A stretch of 64,000 nucleotides of DNA from Escherichia coli. GTDB taxonomy: Bacteria > Pseudomonadota > Gammaproteobacteria > Enterobacterales > Enterobacteriaceae. The notes beneath the pieces are model-generated. The model did no database searches. It had not been told where the DNA came from and saw only the letters and a list, made by a program, of their open reading frames with translations. A program made the translations under genes and the position numbers. Below, piece by piece: positions 48,420-63,221 of the stretch (positions within the stretch are counted from its first letter, which is position 1; every line of letters begins with the position of its first letter). The stretch is taken from assembly GCF_013315695.1 (NCBI RefSeq), contig NZ_CP054353.1, one strand, 5' to 3'.

Positions 48420-50705
48420 ATGAATCAGAATCTGCTGGTGACAAAGCGCGACGGTAGCACAGAGCGCATCAATCTCGACAAAATCCATCGCGTTCTGGAT
48501 TGGGCGGCAGAAGGACTGCATAACGTTTCGATTTCCCAGGTCGAACTGCGCTCCCACATTCAGTTTTATGACGGTATCAAGACCTCTGACATCCACGAAA
48601 CCATTATCAAGGCTGCCGCAGACCTGATCTCCCGTGATGCGCCGGATTATCAGTATCTCGCCGCGCGCCTGGCGATCTTCCACCTGCGTAAAAAAGCCTA
48701 CGGCCAGTTTGAGCCGCCTGCGCTGTACGACCACGTGGTGAAAATGGTCGAGATGGGCAAATACGATAATCATCTGCTGGAAGACTACACGGAAGAAGAG
48801 TTCAAGCAGATGGACACGTTTATCGATCACGACCGTGATATGACCTTCTCTTATGCTGCCGTTAAGCAGCTGGAAGGCAAATATCTGGTGCAGAACCGTG
48901 TGACCGGCGAAATCTACGAAAGCGCCCAGTTCCTTTATATTCTGGTTGCCGCGTGCCTGTTCTCGAACTACCCGCGTGAAACGCGCCTGCAATACGTGAA
49001 GCGTTTTTACGACGCGGTTTCCACATTTAAAATTTCGCTGCCGACGCCAATCATGTCCGGCGTGCGTACCCCGACTCGTCAGTTCAGCTCCTGCGTACTG
49101 ATCGAGTGCGGCGACAGCCTGGATTCCATCAACGCCACCTCCAGCGCGATTGTTAAATACGTTTCCCAGCGTGCCGGGATCGGCATCAACGCCGGGCGTA
49201 TTCGTGCGCTGGGTAGCCCGATTCGCGGTGGCGAAGCGTTCCATACCGGTTGTATTCCGTTCTATAAGCATTTCCAGACAGCGGTGAAATCCTGCTCTCA
49301 GGGCGGTGTGCGCGGCGGTGCGGCAACACTGTTCTACCCGATGTGGCATCTGGAAGTGGAAAGCCTGCTGGTGTTGAAAAACAACCGTGGGGTTGAAGGC
49401 AACCGCGTGCGTCATATGGACTACGGGGTACAAATCAACAAACTGATGTATACCCGTCTGCTGAAAGGTGAAGATATCACCCTGTTCAGCCCGTCCGACG
49501 TACCGGGGCTGTACGACGCGTTCTTCGCCGATCAGGAAGAGTTTGAACGCCTGTACACCAAATATGAGAAAGATGACAGCATCCGCAAGCAGCGTGTGAA
49601 AGCCGTTGAGCTGTTCTCGCTGATGATGCAGGAACGTGCGTCTACCGGTCGTATCTATATTCAGAACGTAGACCACTGCAACACCCACAGCCCGTTTGAT
49701 CCGGCTATTGCACCAGTGCGCCAGTCTAACCTGTGCCTGGAAATCGCCCTACCGACCAAACCACTGAACGACGTCAACGACGAGAACGGTGAAATCGCGC
49801 TGTGTACGCTTTCTGCTTTCAACCTGGGCGCAATTAACAGCCTGGATGAACTGGAAGAGCTGGCAATTCTGGCGGTTCGCGCACTCGACGCACTGCTGGA
49901 TTATCAGGATTACCCGATCCCGGCCGCTAAACGTGGAGCGATGGGGCGTCGTACGCTGGGTATTGGTGTGATCAACTTCGCTTACTATCTGGCGAAGCAC
50001 GGTAAACGCTACTCCGACGGCAGCGCCAACAACCTGACGCATAAAACCTTCGAAGCCATTCAGTATTACCTGCTGAAAGCGTCTAATGAGCTGGCGAAAG
50101 AGCAAGGCGCGTGCCCGTGGTTTAACGAAACCACTTACGCGAAAGGGATCCTGCCGATCGATACCTATAAGAAAGATCTGGATGCCATCGCTAATGAGCC
50201 GCTGCATTACGACTGGGAAGCACTGCGTGAGTCAATCAAAACGCACGGCCTGCGTAACTCCACGCTTTCTGCTCTGATGCCGTCAGAGACCTCTTCGCAG
50301 ATCTCTAACGCCACTAACGGTATTGAACCGCCGCGTGGTTACGTCAGCATCAAAGCGTCGAAAGACGGTATTCTGCGCCAGGTGGTGCCGGACTACGAGC
50401 ATCTGCACGACGCCTATGAACTGCTGTGGGAAATGCCGGGTAACGATGGCTATCTGCAACTGGTGGGTATCATGCAGAAATTTATCGATCAGTCGATCTC
50501 TGCTAACACCAACTACGATCCGTCACGCTTCCCGTCAGGAAAAGTGCCGATGCAGCAACTGCTGAAAGACCTGCTCACCGCCTACAAATTCGGGGTTAAA
50601 ACGCTGTATTATCAGAACACCCGTGACGGTGCTGAAGACGCACAAGACGATCTGGTGCCGTCAATCCAGGACGATGGCTGCGAAAGCGGCGCATGTAAGA
50701 TCTGA
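48420..50705 (+). CDS. nrdA: class Ia ribonucleoside-diphosphate reductase alpha subunit
   Basis: 761-aa ORF with N-terminal ATP-cone and C-terminal Cys pair. Confidence 0.95.
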   Translation: MNQNLLVTKRDGSTERINLDKIHRVLDWAAEGLHNVSISQVELRSHIQFYDGIKTSDIHETIIKAAADLISRDAPDYQYLAARLAIFHLRKKAYGQFEPPALYDHVVKMVEMGKYDNHLLEDYTEEEFKQMDTFIDHDRDMTFSYAAVKQLEGKYLVQNRVTGEIYESAQFLYILVAACLFSNYPRETRLQYVKRFYDAVSTFKISLPTPIMSGVRTPTRQFSSCVLIECGDSLDSINATSSAIVKYVSQRAGIGINAGRIRALGSPIRGGEAFHTGCIPFYKHFQTAVKSCSQGGVRGGAATLFYPMWHLEVESLLVLKNNRGVEGNRVRHMDYGVQINKLMYTRLLKGEDITLFSPSDVPGLYDAFFADQEEFERLYTKYEKDDSIRKQRVKAVELFSLMMQERASTGRIYIQNVDHCNTHSPFDPAIAPVRQSNLCLEIALPTKPLNDVNDENGEIALCTLSAFNLGAINSLDELEELAILAVRALDALLDYQDYPIPAAKRGAMGRRTLGIGVINFAYYLAKHGKRYSDGSANNLTHKTFEAIQYYLLKASNELAKEQGACPWFNETTYAKGILPIDTYKKDLDAIANEPLHYDWEALRESIKTHGLRNSTLSALMPSETSSQISNATNGIEPPRGYVSIKASKDGILRQVVPDYEHLHDAYELLWEMPGNDGYLQLVGIMQKFIDQSISANTNYDPSRFPSGKVPMQQLLKDLLTAYKFGVKTLYYQNTRDGAEDAQDDLVPSIQDDGCESGACKI

Positions 50706-50835
50706 TATTGAGATGCCGGATGCGGCGTGAACGCCTTATCCGGCATACGGCTCGGTTTGTAGGCCTGATAAGACGCGCCAGCGTCGCATCAGGCACAGGA
50801 TGCGGCGTAAAATGCCTTATCCGGCATTAAACTCC
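50706..50835. repeat. REP/BIME cluster between nrdA and nrdB
   Basis: Tandem GCCGGATGCGGCG...CTTATCCGGC units. Confidence 0.7.
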
Positions 50836-50850
50836 CAACAGGACACATTC

Positions 50851-51981
50851 ATGGCATATACCACCTTTTCACAGACGAAAAATGATCAGCTGAAAGAACC
50901 GATGTTCTTTGGTCAGCCGGTTAACGTGGCTCGCTACGATCAGCAAAAATATGACATCTTCGAAAAGCTGATCGAAAAGCAGCTCTCTTTCTTCTGGCGT
51001 CCGGAAGAAGTTGACGTTTCTCGTGACCGTATCGATTACCAGGCACTACCTGAACACGAAAAACACATCTTTATCAGCAACCTGAAATATCAGACGCTGC
51101 TGGACTCCATTCAGGGTCGCAGCCCGAACGTGGCACTGCTGCCGCTGATCTCGATCCCTGAACTGGAAACCTGGGTCGAAACCTGGGCGTTCTCAGAAAC
51201 CATTCACTCTCGTTCTTATACCCATATCATTCGTAATATCGTTAACGATCCGTCCGTTGTGTTTGACGATATCGTCACCAACGAGCAGATCCAGAAACGT
51301 GCGGAAGGGATCTCCAGCTATTACGATGAACTGATCGAAATGACCAGCTACTGGCATCTGCTGGGCGAAGGCACCCACACCGTTAACGGTAAAACCGTGA
51401 CCGTTAGCCTGCGCGAGCTGAAGAAAAAACTGTATCTCTGCCTGATGAGCGTTAACGCGCTGGAAGCGATCCGTTTCTACGTCAGCTTTGCCTGCTCTTT
51501 CGCATTCGCTGAACGTGAGCTGATGGAAGGTAACGCCAAAATTATTCGCCTGATTGCCCGCGACGAAGCCCTGCACCTGACCGGCACCCAGCATATGCTG
51601 AATCTGCTGCGCAGCGGCGCGGATGATCCGGAGATGGCGGAAATTGCCGAAGAATGTAAGCAGGAGTGCTATGACCTGTTTGTCCAGGCGGCACAGCAAG
51701 AGAAAGACTGGGCGGATTATCTGTTCCGTGACGGTTCGATGATTGGTCTGAATAAAGACATTCTCTGCCAGTACGTCGAGTACATCACCAACATCCGCAT
51801 GCAAGCTGTCGGTTTGGATCTACCGTTCCAGACACGTTCCAACCCGATCCCGTGGATCAACACCTGGCTGGTGTCTGATAACGTACAAGTTGCCCCACAG
51901 GAAGTTGAGGTGAGTTCTTATCTGGTCGGGCAGATTGACGCGGAAGTGGACACCGACGATTTGAGTAACTTCCAGCTCTGA
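50851..51981 (+). CDS. nrdB: class Ia ribonucleotide reductase beta subunit (diiron-tyrosyl radical)
   Basis: ORF 50800..51981; start moved to ATG 50851 ([12 protein letters not shown]...) to give the 376-aa NrdB. Confidence 0.9.
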   Translation: MAYTTFSQTKNDQLKEPMFFGQPVNVARYDQQKYDIFEKLIEKQLSFFWRPEEVDVSRDRIDYQALPEHEKHIFISNLKYQTLLDSIQGRSPNVALLPLISIPELETWVETWAFSETIHSRSYTHIIRNIVNDPSVVFDDIVTNEQIQKRAEGISSYYDELIEMTSYWHLLGEGTHTVNGKTVTVSLRELKKKLYLCLMSVNALEAIRFYVSFACSFAFAERELMEGNAKIIRLIARDEALHLTGTQHMLNLLRSGADDPEMAEIAEECKQECYDLFVQAAQQEKDWADYLFRDGSMIGLNKDILCQYVEYITNIRMQAVGLDLPFQTRSNPIPWINTWLVSDNVQVAPQEVEVSSYLVGQIDAEVDTDDLSNFQL

Positions 51982-52235
51982 TGGCCCGCGTTACCCTGCG
52001 CATCACTGGCACACAGCTGCTGTGCCAGGATGAACACCCTTCCCTTCTGGCGGCGCTGGAATCCCACAATGTGGCGGTTGAGTATCAGTGCCGCGAAGGT
52101 TACTGCGGTTCCTGTCGCACACGCCTTGTTGCAGGCCAGGTGGACTGGATTGCCGAACCGTTAGCCTTTATTCAGCCGGGGGAAATTTTGCCCTGTTGTT
52201 GCCGGGCAAAAGGCGATATTGAAATCGAGTTGTGA
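51981..52235 (+). CDS. yfaE: 2Fe-2S ferredoxin YfaE (NrdB diferric cofactor maintenance)
   Basis: 84-aa ORF with Cys cluster (CREGYCGSC...CC); start overlaps nrdB stop. Confidence 0.85.
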   Translation: MARVTLRITGTQLLCQDEHPSLLAALESHNVAVEYQCREGYCGSCRTRLVAGQVDWIAEPLAFIQPGEILPCCCRAKGDIEIEL

Positions 52236-52288
52236 TCGGGTACTAGCGCCAGATACGACGCTTACGCGTATTATCTGGCCTACAACGA

Positions 52289-52939
52289 TTACATGGCGTA
52301 GTAATACGCTTTCACCTGCTCCCAGTCCGCTTTAGGGATCGGCTCCAGATATTTTTCCAGCTGGCGGAAGTCATGATTAATCGCTTTATCACGACGCAAG
52401 CGGCGACGACTTTTCTCCAGGTCAAGAAATCCAGCTTCTGCCTTACCTTCTGTTTTCACATAGATATGGCGAACATAACAACAGCCATGCTGACAATTAA
52501 CGCTATGCATTTTCTTAAACGCCAGCGCCACTGCTTTCAACATGGCTTGCCGTACTTCGTCAGAATAAGGCGATACTGCATGCCGGGCATACCAGTCAGC
52601 AATGCTGATGAACCCCGCCATATCTTCAGTCACCAGCAACGCGCGCCATTCCCCCTCAATTTTCACCGCTTCACCAAAAACGATCTTCGGCACGATGACA
52701 CCAGCCCGTTCCAGTTCTTTAATTACCGCAACCTCACGGACAATCGTTGGTCGACCGAACGGATAACGTACGGAATGAAACAGATGATGCGTCATGCGCT
52801 TTACATATAGCTTTTTGCCGTTGCGCTCGACGCATTGCACCCCGCTCATACCATTACGGCGATAGTTAGGCTCTTCAACCCAGTCGCCCTCTGTTGCCCA
52901 CCAGTGATTAAATTCGTCGTGCTTTGCTGAAACTGCCAT
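52289..52939 (-). CDS. inaA: InaA, kinase-like protein (Kdo/WaaP family fold)
   Basis: 216-aa ORF matching InaA. Confidence 0.8.
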   Translation of the reverse strand: MAVSAKHDEFNHWWATEGDWVEEPNYRRNGMSGVQCVERNGKKLYVKRMTHHLFHSVRYPFGRPTIVREVAVIKELERAGVIVPKIVFGEAVKIEGEWRALLVTEDMAGFISIADWYARHAVSPYSDEVRQAMLKAVALAFKKMHSVNCQHGCCYVRHIYVKTEGKAEAGFLDLEKSRRRLRRDKAINHDFRQLEKYLEPIPKADWEQVKAYYYAM

Positions 52940-53019
52940 ACCCTATCGCCTGTCATTTTTTATTTACGACAATGACTATAGGTGGTTACCTGCGAAAAAT
53001 CTTAATGAAACGTGTCGTA

Positions 53020-54210
53020 TTAATGAATTTCTTTTGCCACTACTAGCGCGACACCGCTTTTGCCCTTCATTTGCAGCGCATAGACTCCACCAGCCACTAC
53101 CACTAATAGTGCACCCAGCAGATAAATCATTCGGTAGCCAGTATGTGCAACCATCATCCCCATCACACAGGCTCCCAGCGCCAGGCCTGCATCCATCGCA
53201 TTGAAGAAGAGGGAGTTTGCGACACCGATTTTATGCGGTTCCACTGAACTGATAATCTGCGTCTGAAAAACTGGCGTCACGGAACCATACCCGATACCAA
53301 TCAATGCGCCAGAAACAACCATCATTATGCTTCCCTGGGTGTAGCCGAGAACCACCAGTCCTACCGTAAAGAACACAAGGCAAGGGTAAACCACATATTT
53401 CGGTCCTTTTTTGTCGCAGACATTGCCGGTAAAGGTACGGCAGATCATCAGGAAGATAGCGTAGCAAAGCAGGAAATTACTGGCTGCCGACATCAGGTTA
53501 AGTTCGCGTGCATAAAGCGCCAGAAAAGCAGAAACCCCGGCATACGAAAAGGTCATAAAAAAGGTGACCATCGCAAATGGCAACGCCGCGCGATCGAACA
53601 TGGCGGCGAAGCCCATTTTCGGCGTTGAACCATCAGCATGGCTGATAACCGGCGGCACTGTCATAATCAGCGACAGAATAATCCCCACCGCTGCCACGCC
53701 GGTGCATAACCAGAAAGCCATATTAAAGGCCTCCCAGCGCGCCATATTCAGGCCAATCCACGGCCCGACCACCATTGCCAGCCCCATTGCCAGAGAGAAA
53801 AAACTGATGCCCTCCCCACGTCGGGAGGCCGGGATCAGCCGCGCGGAAATCGTTCCTTTTACCGTAGTGATAACCCCGAAGGTAATACCATGAAGCACCC
53901 GAATAAAAAGCAGTGATTCAATTGAGTGGCAAAAAGGATACAGCGCAGTGACCACCAAGAAGGCCAGAGAAGAGAGCCCCAGAATAGTTTTATTCGAGTA
54001 TTTGCCCACCCATTGCCCGGCAAAGGGGCGAATAACAATGGCGGCAATTAAAAATAAAGTCACCAACAAACCTGCTTTATCAGGAGAGGCATGCAAGCGG
54101 TCTGAGATATAAATTGGCAACAATGTTAGTAAAACATAAAAGACGAAGAAAATAATAAAGCTGATGATGGTTATTGCCCAAAAATCCTTCGTCCATAACT
54201 TCTCTTTCAT
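53020..54210 (-). CDS. MFS transporter (12-TM efflux-type)
   Basis: 396-aa hydrophobic ORF with MFS loop motifs; divergent from LysR regulator. Confidence 0.75.
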   Translation of the reverse strand: MKEKLWTKDFWAITIISFIIFFVFYVLLTLLPIYISDRLHASPDKAGLLVTLFLIAAIVIRPFAGQWVGKYSNKTILGLSSLAFLVVTALYPFCHSIESLLFIRVLHGITFGVITTVKGTISARLIPASRRGEGISFFSLAMGLAMVVGPWIGLNMARWEAFNMAFWLCTGVAAVGIILSLIMTVPPVISHADGSTPKMGFAAMFDRAALPFAMVTFFMTFSYAGVSAFLALYARELNLMSAASNFLLCYAIFLMICRTFTGNVCDKKGPKYVVYPCLVFFTVGLVVLGYTQGSIMMVVSGALIGIGYGSVTPVFQTQIISSVEPHKIGVANSLFFNAMDAGLALGACVMGMMVAHTGYRMIYLLGALLVVVAGGVYALQMKGKSGVALVVAKEIH

Positions 54211-54325
54211 ACCCTACCGCCTGTCAGGATGACGCACGCAGACAACACTCCCGTTACTGCGGTTGCGTCAAATTGTGATGTACTTTGCAGAACAGAAGTA
54301 TAAATGGCGGCATGCTATTAGAGAA

Positions 54326-54340
54326 ATTAATCGTTTTAAT
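54326..54340. promoter_or_regulatory. LysR-type T-N11-A box ATTAATCGTTTTAAT in divergent promoter
   Basis: Inverted half sites ATTAA/TTAAT with 5-bp spacer, 22 bp upstream of the LysR gene. Confidence 0.45.
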
Positions 54341-54361
54341 ATTATTGATTAGCAAACTCTA

Positions 54362-55261
54362 ATGACTCTTACCCAAATAAATTCTTTACTCGCCGTGCTG
54401 GATTACGGTGGCTTTACTGAAGCCAGCAAGCGATTGTTCATGACGCAGTCGGCGGTAAGTCAGGCAATTGCTGCCCTCGAACAAGAACTTGGCGTGAATA
54501 TACTGTTACGCGATCGCCGTAAAGCTATACAACTGACCTCTGCAGGTCACCGCATTATGCATCATCTGCGCGCCATTAATCGGGAAGTGAACGCAGTAAA
54601 AGAGATAGCCGAGCAGGAAAAGCAGAACCCTCAAAGAACGCTGAGACTTGGTTGTTTCCCCAGCGTCTGCGCCTGTATCTTACCGGCTGTGATTCGCTAC
54701 TTTGAAATTCATCATCCGAATATAAAAATTATTCCTTTTGAGGAAAATAGCACAGCGATTATTGATTCCCTTCAGAATGAATCCATTGATGCCGGTTTTG
54801 TTCATTTTCCGGTGAGCGGAATGTACTCCGTGCCCATTTATCAGGATAAATTCACCGTAGTGTTACCGCCCAACCATGCTCTGGCAAAAAACAGCACTAT
54901 TACAGTGGAAGAGTTAATGGGTGAACCATTAATTATTAGTAAAGGACGCTATGAATTAAGCATTATGGCACTATTTAAAGAAAAGAATATTACCCCACAG
55001 ATAAAATATGAATTTAATCACCCGGATACAGCGATCAGTTTTATTCGACAGGGATTAGGCATCGCCTTATTACCAGAGTTAACGCTGAAAACCATTGCAG
55101 ATGAATTGTGTTCCGTTCCTCTCGAACCAACCTTCTATCGACAGATTTCGTTGCTGGCTAAAGAAAAGCCGGTAGAAGGCAGTCCACTGTTTTTACTACA
55201 AATGTGCACAGAACAATTAGTGGAGAGTGGAAAATTTGATATGAGACAGGATGGCGCATGA
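54362..55261 (+). CDS. LysR-family transcriptional regulator, full length
   Basis: 299-aa ORF with N-terminal HTH (TEASKRLFMTQSAVSQAI); corresponds to the locus I recall as the yfaH remnant in K-12. Confidence 0.75.
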   Translation: MTLTQINSLLAVLDYGGFTEASKRLFMTQSAVSQAIAALEQELGVNILLRDRRKAIQLTSAGHRIMHHLRAINREVNAVKEIAEQEKQNPQRTLRLGCFPSVCACILPAVIRYFEIHHPNIKIIPFEENSTAIIDSLQNESIDAGFVHFPVSGMYSVPIYQDKFTVVLPPNHALAKNSTITVEELMGEPLIISKGRYELSIMALFKEKNITPQIKYEFNHPDTAISFIRQGLGIALLPELTLKTIADELCSVPLEPTFYRQISLLAKEKPVEGSPLFLLQMCTEQLVESGKFDMRQDGA

Positions 55262-55280
55262 ACGCCATCCTGCAGTAGCA

Positions 55281-56357
55281 TTACTCTTTATTAAGGAATT
55301 TTACTGCCTTATCAGGGAAATCAGTAAACAGCCCATTTACACCCGCTTTGTTATACAGAGCATCATATAACTGATTCACATCAGTAGTGTATTCAGGCAG
55401 CTTATCTGACCGCACGGTGTAAGGATGCACTACCAGTTTATTCTGCTGAGCATCTTGCACCATGCCAGTGAGTTTGATATTACCTGGCTGCGATGTCTCC
55501 TCAATCAACATATGGTAATCCGGACCAATACCATCAGCATATTCCGCCACCTGTTTCATGGCCCCCGGCTTAAACATCCAGTCGTAGTTGTAATTAACCC
55601 AGCTTCCGTCCGGCTGTTTCTGCTGAGTTTCGTTCCAGTCGGTATAGGCAATCAGCTGTACCAGATTGAGGTCCATGCCCATTTTAGGTTCCAGCTCATT
55701 CTTAATACGCTTCAGTTCATCGGCATCAAAACATTGCAAATAAACTTTGTCGTCCTTACCGGTGTAACCATATTTCTTCAGCACTTCCAGCGTTTTTGCC
55801 GCAATATCCTTCCCTTCCTGATGATGGAACCACGGCGCTTTAATCTCCGGGTAGATACCAATATTTTTCCCGGTAGAGTGATTTAACCCCTGAACAAATT
55901 CAATCTCTTCTTCAAAGGTGTGCACCCGGAAGTCGGACTTACCCATTGGGAAACGCCCCGGATAAGTCTGTACTTTCTTACCGTTTTCAATATCGAAACC
56001 TTCGGTAAATTTCAGTGACTTAATTTCATCGAGCGTGAAATCTATCGCGTAGTAACGACCGTCTTTGCGCGCCCGATCCGGGAAACGATCGGCAACATCA
56101 GTAACACGATCGAGATAATGGTCATGCAGAACAACCAGATGGTCGTCTTTGGTCATCACCAAATCCTGTTCCAGATAATCCGCTCCCTGCGCATACGCCA
56201 TCGCTTTTGCTGGCAGCGTATGCTCCGGCAAATATCCACTGGCACCGCGATGGGCGATGACTATTTTTTCGTTGCTGTCCGCCGCCATTGCACTGCTTCC
56301 CATGATCATTCCACTCATCATGATCGCCATGCTAAGGTTTTTCAGCGTCAATTTCAT
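55281..56357 (-). CDS. glpQ: periplasmic glycerophosphodiester phosphodiesterase
   Basis: ORF 55281..56414; start placed at ATG 56357 (MKLTLKNLSMA... signal peptide) with GGAGG 8 nt upstream. Confidence 0.9.
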   Translation of the reverse strand: MKLTLKNLSMAIMMSGMIMGSSAMAADSNEKIVIAHRGASGYLPEHTLPAKAMAYAQGADYLEQDLVMTKDDHLVVLHDHYLDRVTDVADRFPDRARKDGRYYAIDFTLDEIKSLKFTEGFDIENGKKVQTYPGRFPMGKSDFRVHTFEEEIEFVQGLNHSTGKNIGIYPEIKAPWFHHQEGKDIAAKTLEVLKKYGYTGKDDKVYLQCFDADELKRIKNELEPKMGMDLNLVQLIAYTDWNETQQKQPDGSWVNYNYDWMFKPGAMKQVAEYADGIGPDYHMLIEETSQPGNIKLTGMVQDAQQNKLVVHPYTVRSDKLPEYTTDVNQLYDALYNKAGVNGLFTDFPDKAVKFLNKE

Positions 56358-56361
56358 GCCA

Positions 56362-57720
56362 TTAGCCTCCGTTGCGTTTTTGCAGTAATTCCTGATGGCG
56401 ACGTTTTTCGCCAATCATCACAACAATCAACAAGATAACCGCCAGAATGCTGCCGCCAATCATTACCATAAAGCCGCCATCCCAGCCGAAGAAGTCCACG
56501 GTGTAGCCAACAATCGCGCTCGCCGCCACCGAACCGCCCAGGTAACCAAACAGCCCGGTAAAGCCCGCTGCCGTACCTGCCGCTTTTTTCGGTGCCAGTT
56601 CCAGCGCATGCAGACCGATCAGCATCACAGGGCCGTAGATCAGGAAGCCGATAACAATCATACAAATCATATCTACGGTTGGGTTACCTGCCGGGTTCAT
56701 CCAGTAAACGATAGTCGCGATGGTTACCAGTGTCATAAAGAAGACGCCGGTGGCCCCACGGTTGCCACGGAAGACTTTATCCGACATCCAGCCGCACAGC
56801 AGGGTGCCCGGAATGCCCGCATACTCATAGAAGAAGTAGGCCCAGGAGGATTTATCCAGCGCGAAGTGTTTCACCTCTTTCAGATAAGTCGGTGACCAGT
56901 CGAGGATGCCGTAACGCAGCAGATAAACGAACACGTTGGCGATAGCGATGTACCACAGCAGTTTGTTCGGCAGCACGTACTGCATGAAGATTTGCTTCGC
57001 CGTCAGCTCCTGTTCCGCTTTTTCGTTATAGTCGTCCGGATAATCATTTTTGTACTCTTCGATCGGCGGCAGGCCACAGGATTGCGGGGTATCGCGCATC
57101 ATCGCAAAGGCGAACAGTGCCACCAGAATGGCGCAGAAAGCGGGCATATAGAGCGCCGCGTGCCAGTCATTGAACCAGGCCATCCCCAGCAGGAACAGCA
57201 GCGGCGGAATACCACCACCGACGTTGTGTGCACAGTTCCACACTGACACAATGCCGCCGCGTTCTTTCTGCGACCACCAGTGCACCATAGTACGGCCACA
57301 CGGCGGCCACCCCATCCCCTGGAACCAACCGCAGAGGAACAACAGTACAAACATCACCGCAATGCTCGACGTCGCCCACGGCACAAAGCCCATAAACAAC
57401 ATCACTGCCGCCGCCAGAATCAAACCTGCGGGCAGGAAAACGCGCGGATTCGAGCGATCCGACACCGAGCCCATGATGAATTTCGAAAATCCATAAGCAA
57501 TCGAGATCCCCGAAAGGGCAAAACCTAAATCACCGCGTGAGAATCCCTGCTCGACCAGATAAGGCATAGCGAGCGCAAAGTTCTTACGAACCAAATAGTA
57601 AGCAGCATAACCAAAAAATATCCCCAGGAAAATTTGCCAGCGCAATCGACGATAAGTCGGATCGATCTCCGCAGCAGGTAAGCGCGCTTTGTGTGGCGCT
57701 GGTTTAAAAATACTCAACAT
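56362..57720 (-). CDS. glpT: glycerol-3-phosphate:phosphate antiporter
   Basis: 452-aa MFS ORF matching GlpT. Confidence 0.95.
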   Translation of the reverse strand: MLSIFKPAPHKARLPAAEIDPTYRRLRWQIFLGIFFGYAAYYLVRKNFALAMPYLVEQGFSRGDLGFALSGISIAYGFSKFIMGSVSDRSNPRVFLPAGLILAAAVMLFMGFVPWATSSIAVMFVLLFLCGWFQGMGWPPCGRTMVHWWSQKERGGIVSVWNCAHNVGGGIPPLLFLLGMAWFNDWHAALYMPAFCAILVALFAFAMMRDTPQSCGLPPIEEYKNDYPDDYNEKAEQELTAKQIFMQYVLPNKLLWYIAIANVFVYLLRYGILDWSPTYLKEVKHFALDKSSWAYFFYEYAGIPGTLLCGWMSDKVFRGNRGATGVFFMTLVTIATIVYWMNPAGNPTVDMICMIVIGFLIYGPVMLIGLHALELAPKKAAGTAAGFTGLFGYLGGSVAASAIVGYTVDFFGWDGGFMVMIGGSILAVILLIVVMIGEKRRHQELLQKRNGG

Positions 57721-57992
57721 TGAAAGCCTCCGTGGCCCGTGGTCTTATTTATGATTAACAGACTGATTCAGTGGGAGAACCTGCCGTTTCTTGAGTTGCC
57801 GCGATGTTAAGAAAACATTCATAAATTAAATGTGAATTACCGCACACATTATTAAATACGATGGTTTAAATGTTCAGAATGACGCATGAAATCACGTTTC
57901 ACTTTCGAATTATGAGCGAATATGCGCGAAATCAAACAATTCATGTTTTTACTATGGCTAAATGGTAAAAAACGAACTTCAGAGGGATAACA
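57721..57992. promoter_or_regulatory. divergent glpTQ / glpACB control region (CRP-like site TGTGAATTACCGCACACA at 57831..57848; GlpR operator-like repeats around 57890..57950)
   Basis: CRP-like motif and TTCGAAT/CGCGAAAT repeats read directly; arrangement agrees with the known glp regulon architecture. Confidence 0.5.
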
Positions 57993-62057
<4,065 letters not shown>

Positions 62058-62070
62058 ACTCCCTTCTGAT

Positions 62071-62103
62071 GCCCGGTAAGCATGTGGTTACCGGGCATTT
62101 TTG
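62071..62103 (+). terminator. rho-independent terminator after glpC (GCCCGGTAA-loop-TTACCGGGC then T-run)
   Basis: Hairpin plus TTTTT read directly 14 nt after glpC stop. Confidence 0.75.
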
Positions 62104-62249
62104 CGTACACGATTCCGTGCCCAATGTATACGTTGCAACGCAGTGAAAATTCCTCTGAAAACGTCTCGCAAAGGCTGAAACTGGCAGATGTCAAAGGCCC
62201 GGGATAACCGTAATGTCGCGTCATCATAAATATCAGGTGACGGACAACC

Positions 62250-63209
62250 ATGACCGAATCAACAACCTCCTCCCCGCATGATGCGGTGTTTAAAACCTTT
62301 ATGTTCACACCCGAAACCGCACGGGATTTTCTGGAAATACATCTACCAGAGCCGCTGCGCAAGCTTTGCAACCTGCAAACTTTACGCCTGGAACCCACCA
62401 GCTTTATTGAAAAAAGTTTACGCGCTTACTACTCGGATGTTTTGTGGTCGGTGGAAACCAGCGACGGTGAAGGCTATATCTACTGCGTGATTGAACATCA
62501 AAGTTCCGCGGAAAAGAATATGGCCTTTCGGCTAATGCGCTATGCCACTGCCGCCATGCAACGTCATCTGGACAAAGGCTATGACAGAGTCCCGCTGGTG
62601 GTACCATTGCTGTTTTATCATGGCGAAACCTCGCCCTACCCGTACTCACTCAACTGGCTGGATGAGTTTGACGATCCGCAACTTGCCCGGCAGTTGTACA
62701 CCGAAGCTTTTCCGTTGGTGGATATCACCATCGTACCTGACGATGAGATCATGCAACATCGGCGTATAGCTCTGCTGGAACTGATTCAAAAGCATATTCG
62801 CGACCGCGATTTAATCGGTATGGTCGACAGGATCACCACGCTTTTGGTTAGAGGCTTCACTAATGACAGCCAGCTACAAACGCTGTTTAATTATCTGCTG
62901 CAATGCGGCGATACCTCCCGTTTCACCCGTTTTATTCAGGAGATTGCCGAACGTTCACCACTACAAAAGGAGAGATTAATGACTATTGCTGAACGGCTGA
63001 GGCAGGAAGGGCATCAAATTGGCTGGCAGGAGGGTAAGATTGAAGGTTGGCAGGAGGGGAAATTGGAGGGTTTGCAGAAAGGCAAAGTAGAAGGTATGCA
63101 TGAACAAGCCATTAAAATTGCCTTGCGCATGCTGGAACAGGGCTTTGAACGTGAGATTGTGCTGGCGACAACCCAACTCACTGATGCTGATATTCCGAAC
63201 TGTTATTAA
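62250..63209 (+). CDS. yfaD: Rpn-family (YhgA-like, transposase_31 / PD-(D/E)XK) recombination-promoting nuclease homolog
   Basis: 319-aa ORF; N-terminal nuclease-like domain and C-terminal repeat module ([25 protein letters not shown]); I recall yfaD being renamed rpnE. Confidence 0.8.
   Translation: MTESTTSSPHDAVFKTFMFTPETARDFLEIHLPEPLRKLCNLQTLRLEPTSFIEKSLRAYYSDVLWSVETSDGEGYIYCVIEHQSSAEKNMAFRLMRYATAAMQRHLDKGYDRVPLVVPLLFYHGETSPYPYSLNWLDEFDDPQLARQLYTEAFPLVDITIVPDDEIMQHRRIALLELIQKHIRDRDLIGMVDRITTLLVRGFTNDSQLQTLFNYLLQCGDTSRFTRFIQEIAERSPLQKERLMTIAERLRQEGHQIGWQEGKIEGWQEGKLEGLQKGKVEGMHEQAIKIALRMLEQGFEREIVLATTQLTDADIPNCY
62979..63209 (+). CDS. candidate in-frame internal small protein (RpnS-like C-terminal domain of YfaD) with its own ribosome-binding site
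   Basis: Strong SD AAGGAGAG 7 nt upstream of in-frame ATG 62979 ([19 protein letters not shown]...); the same SD and start sequence is duplicated at ypaA. Confidence 0.45.
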   Translation: MTIAERLRQEGHQIGWQEGKIEGWQEGKLEGLQKGKVEGMHEQAIKIALRMLEQGFEREIVLATTQLTDADIPNCY

Positions 63210-63221
63210 AAGGAGAGATTA

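Noticed and set aside
48330-49688. 452-aa minus-strand ORF overlapping the nrdA promoter and 5' half
   Set aside because: Antisense to nrdA with no recognisable protein features; typical long shadow ORF
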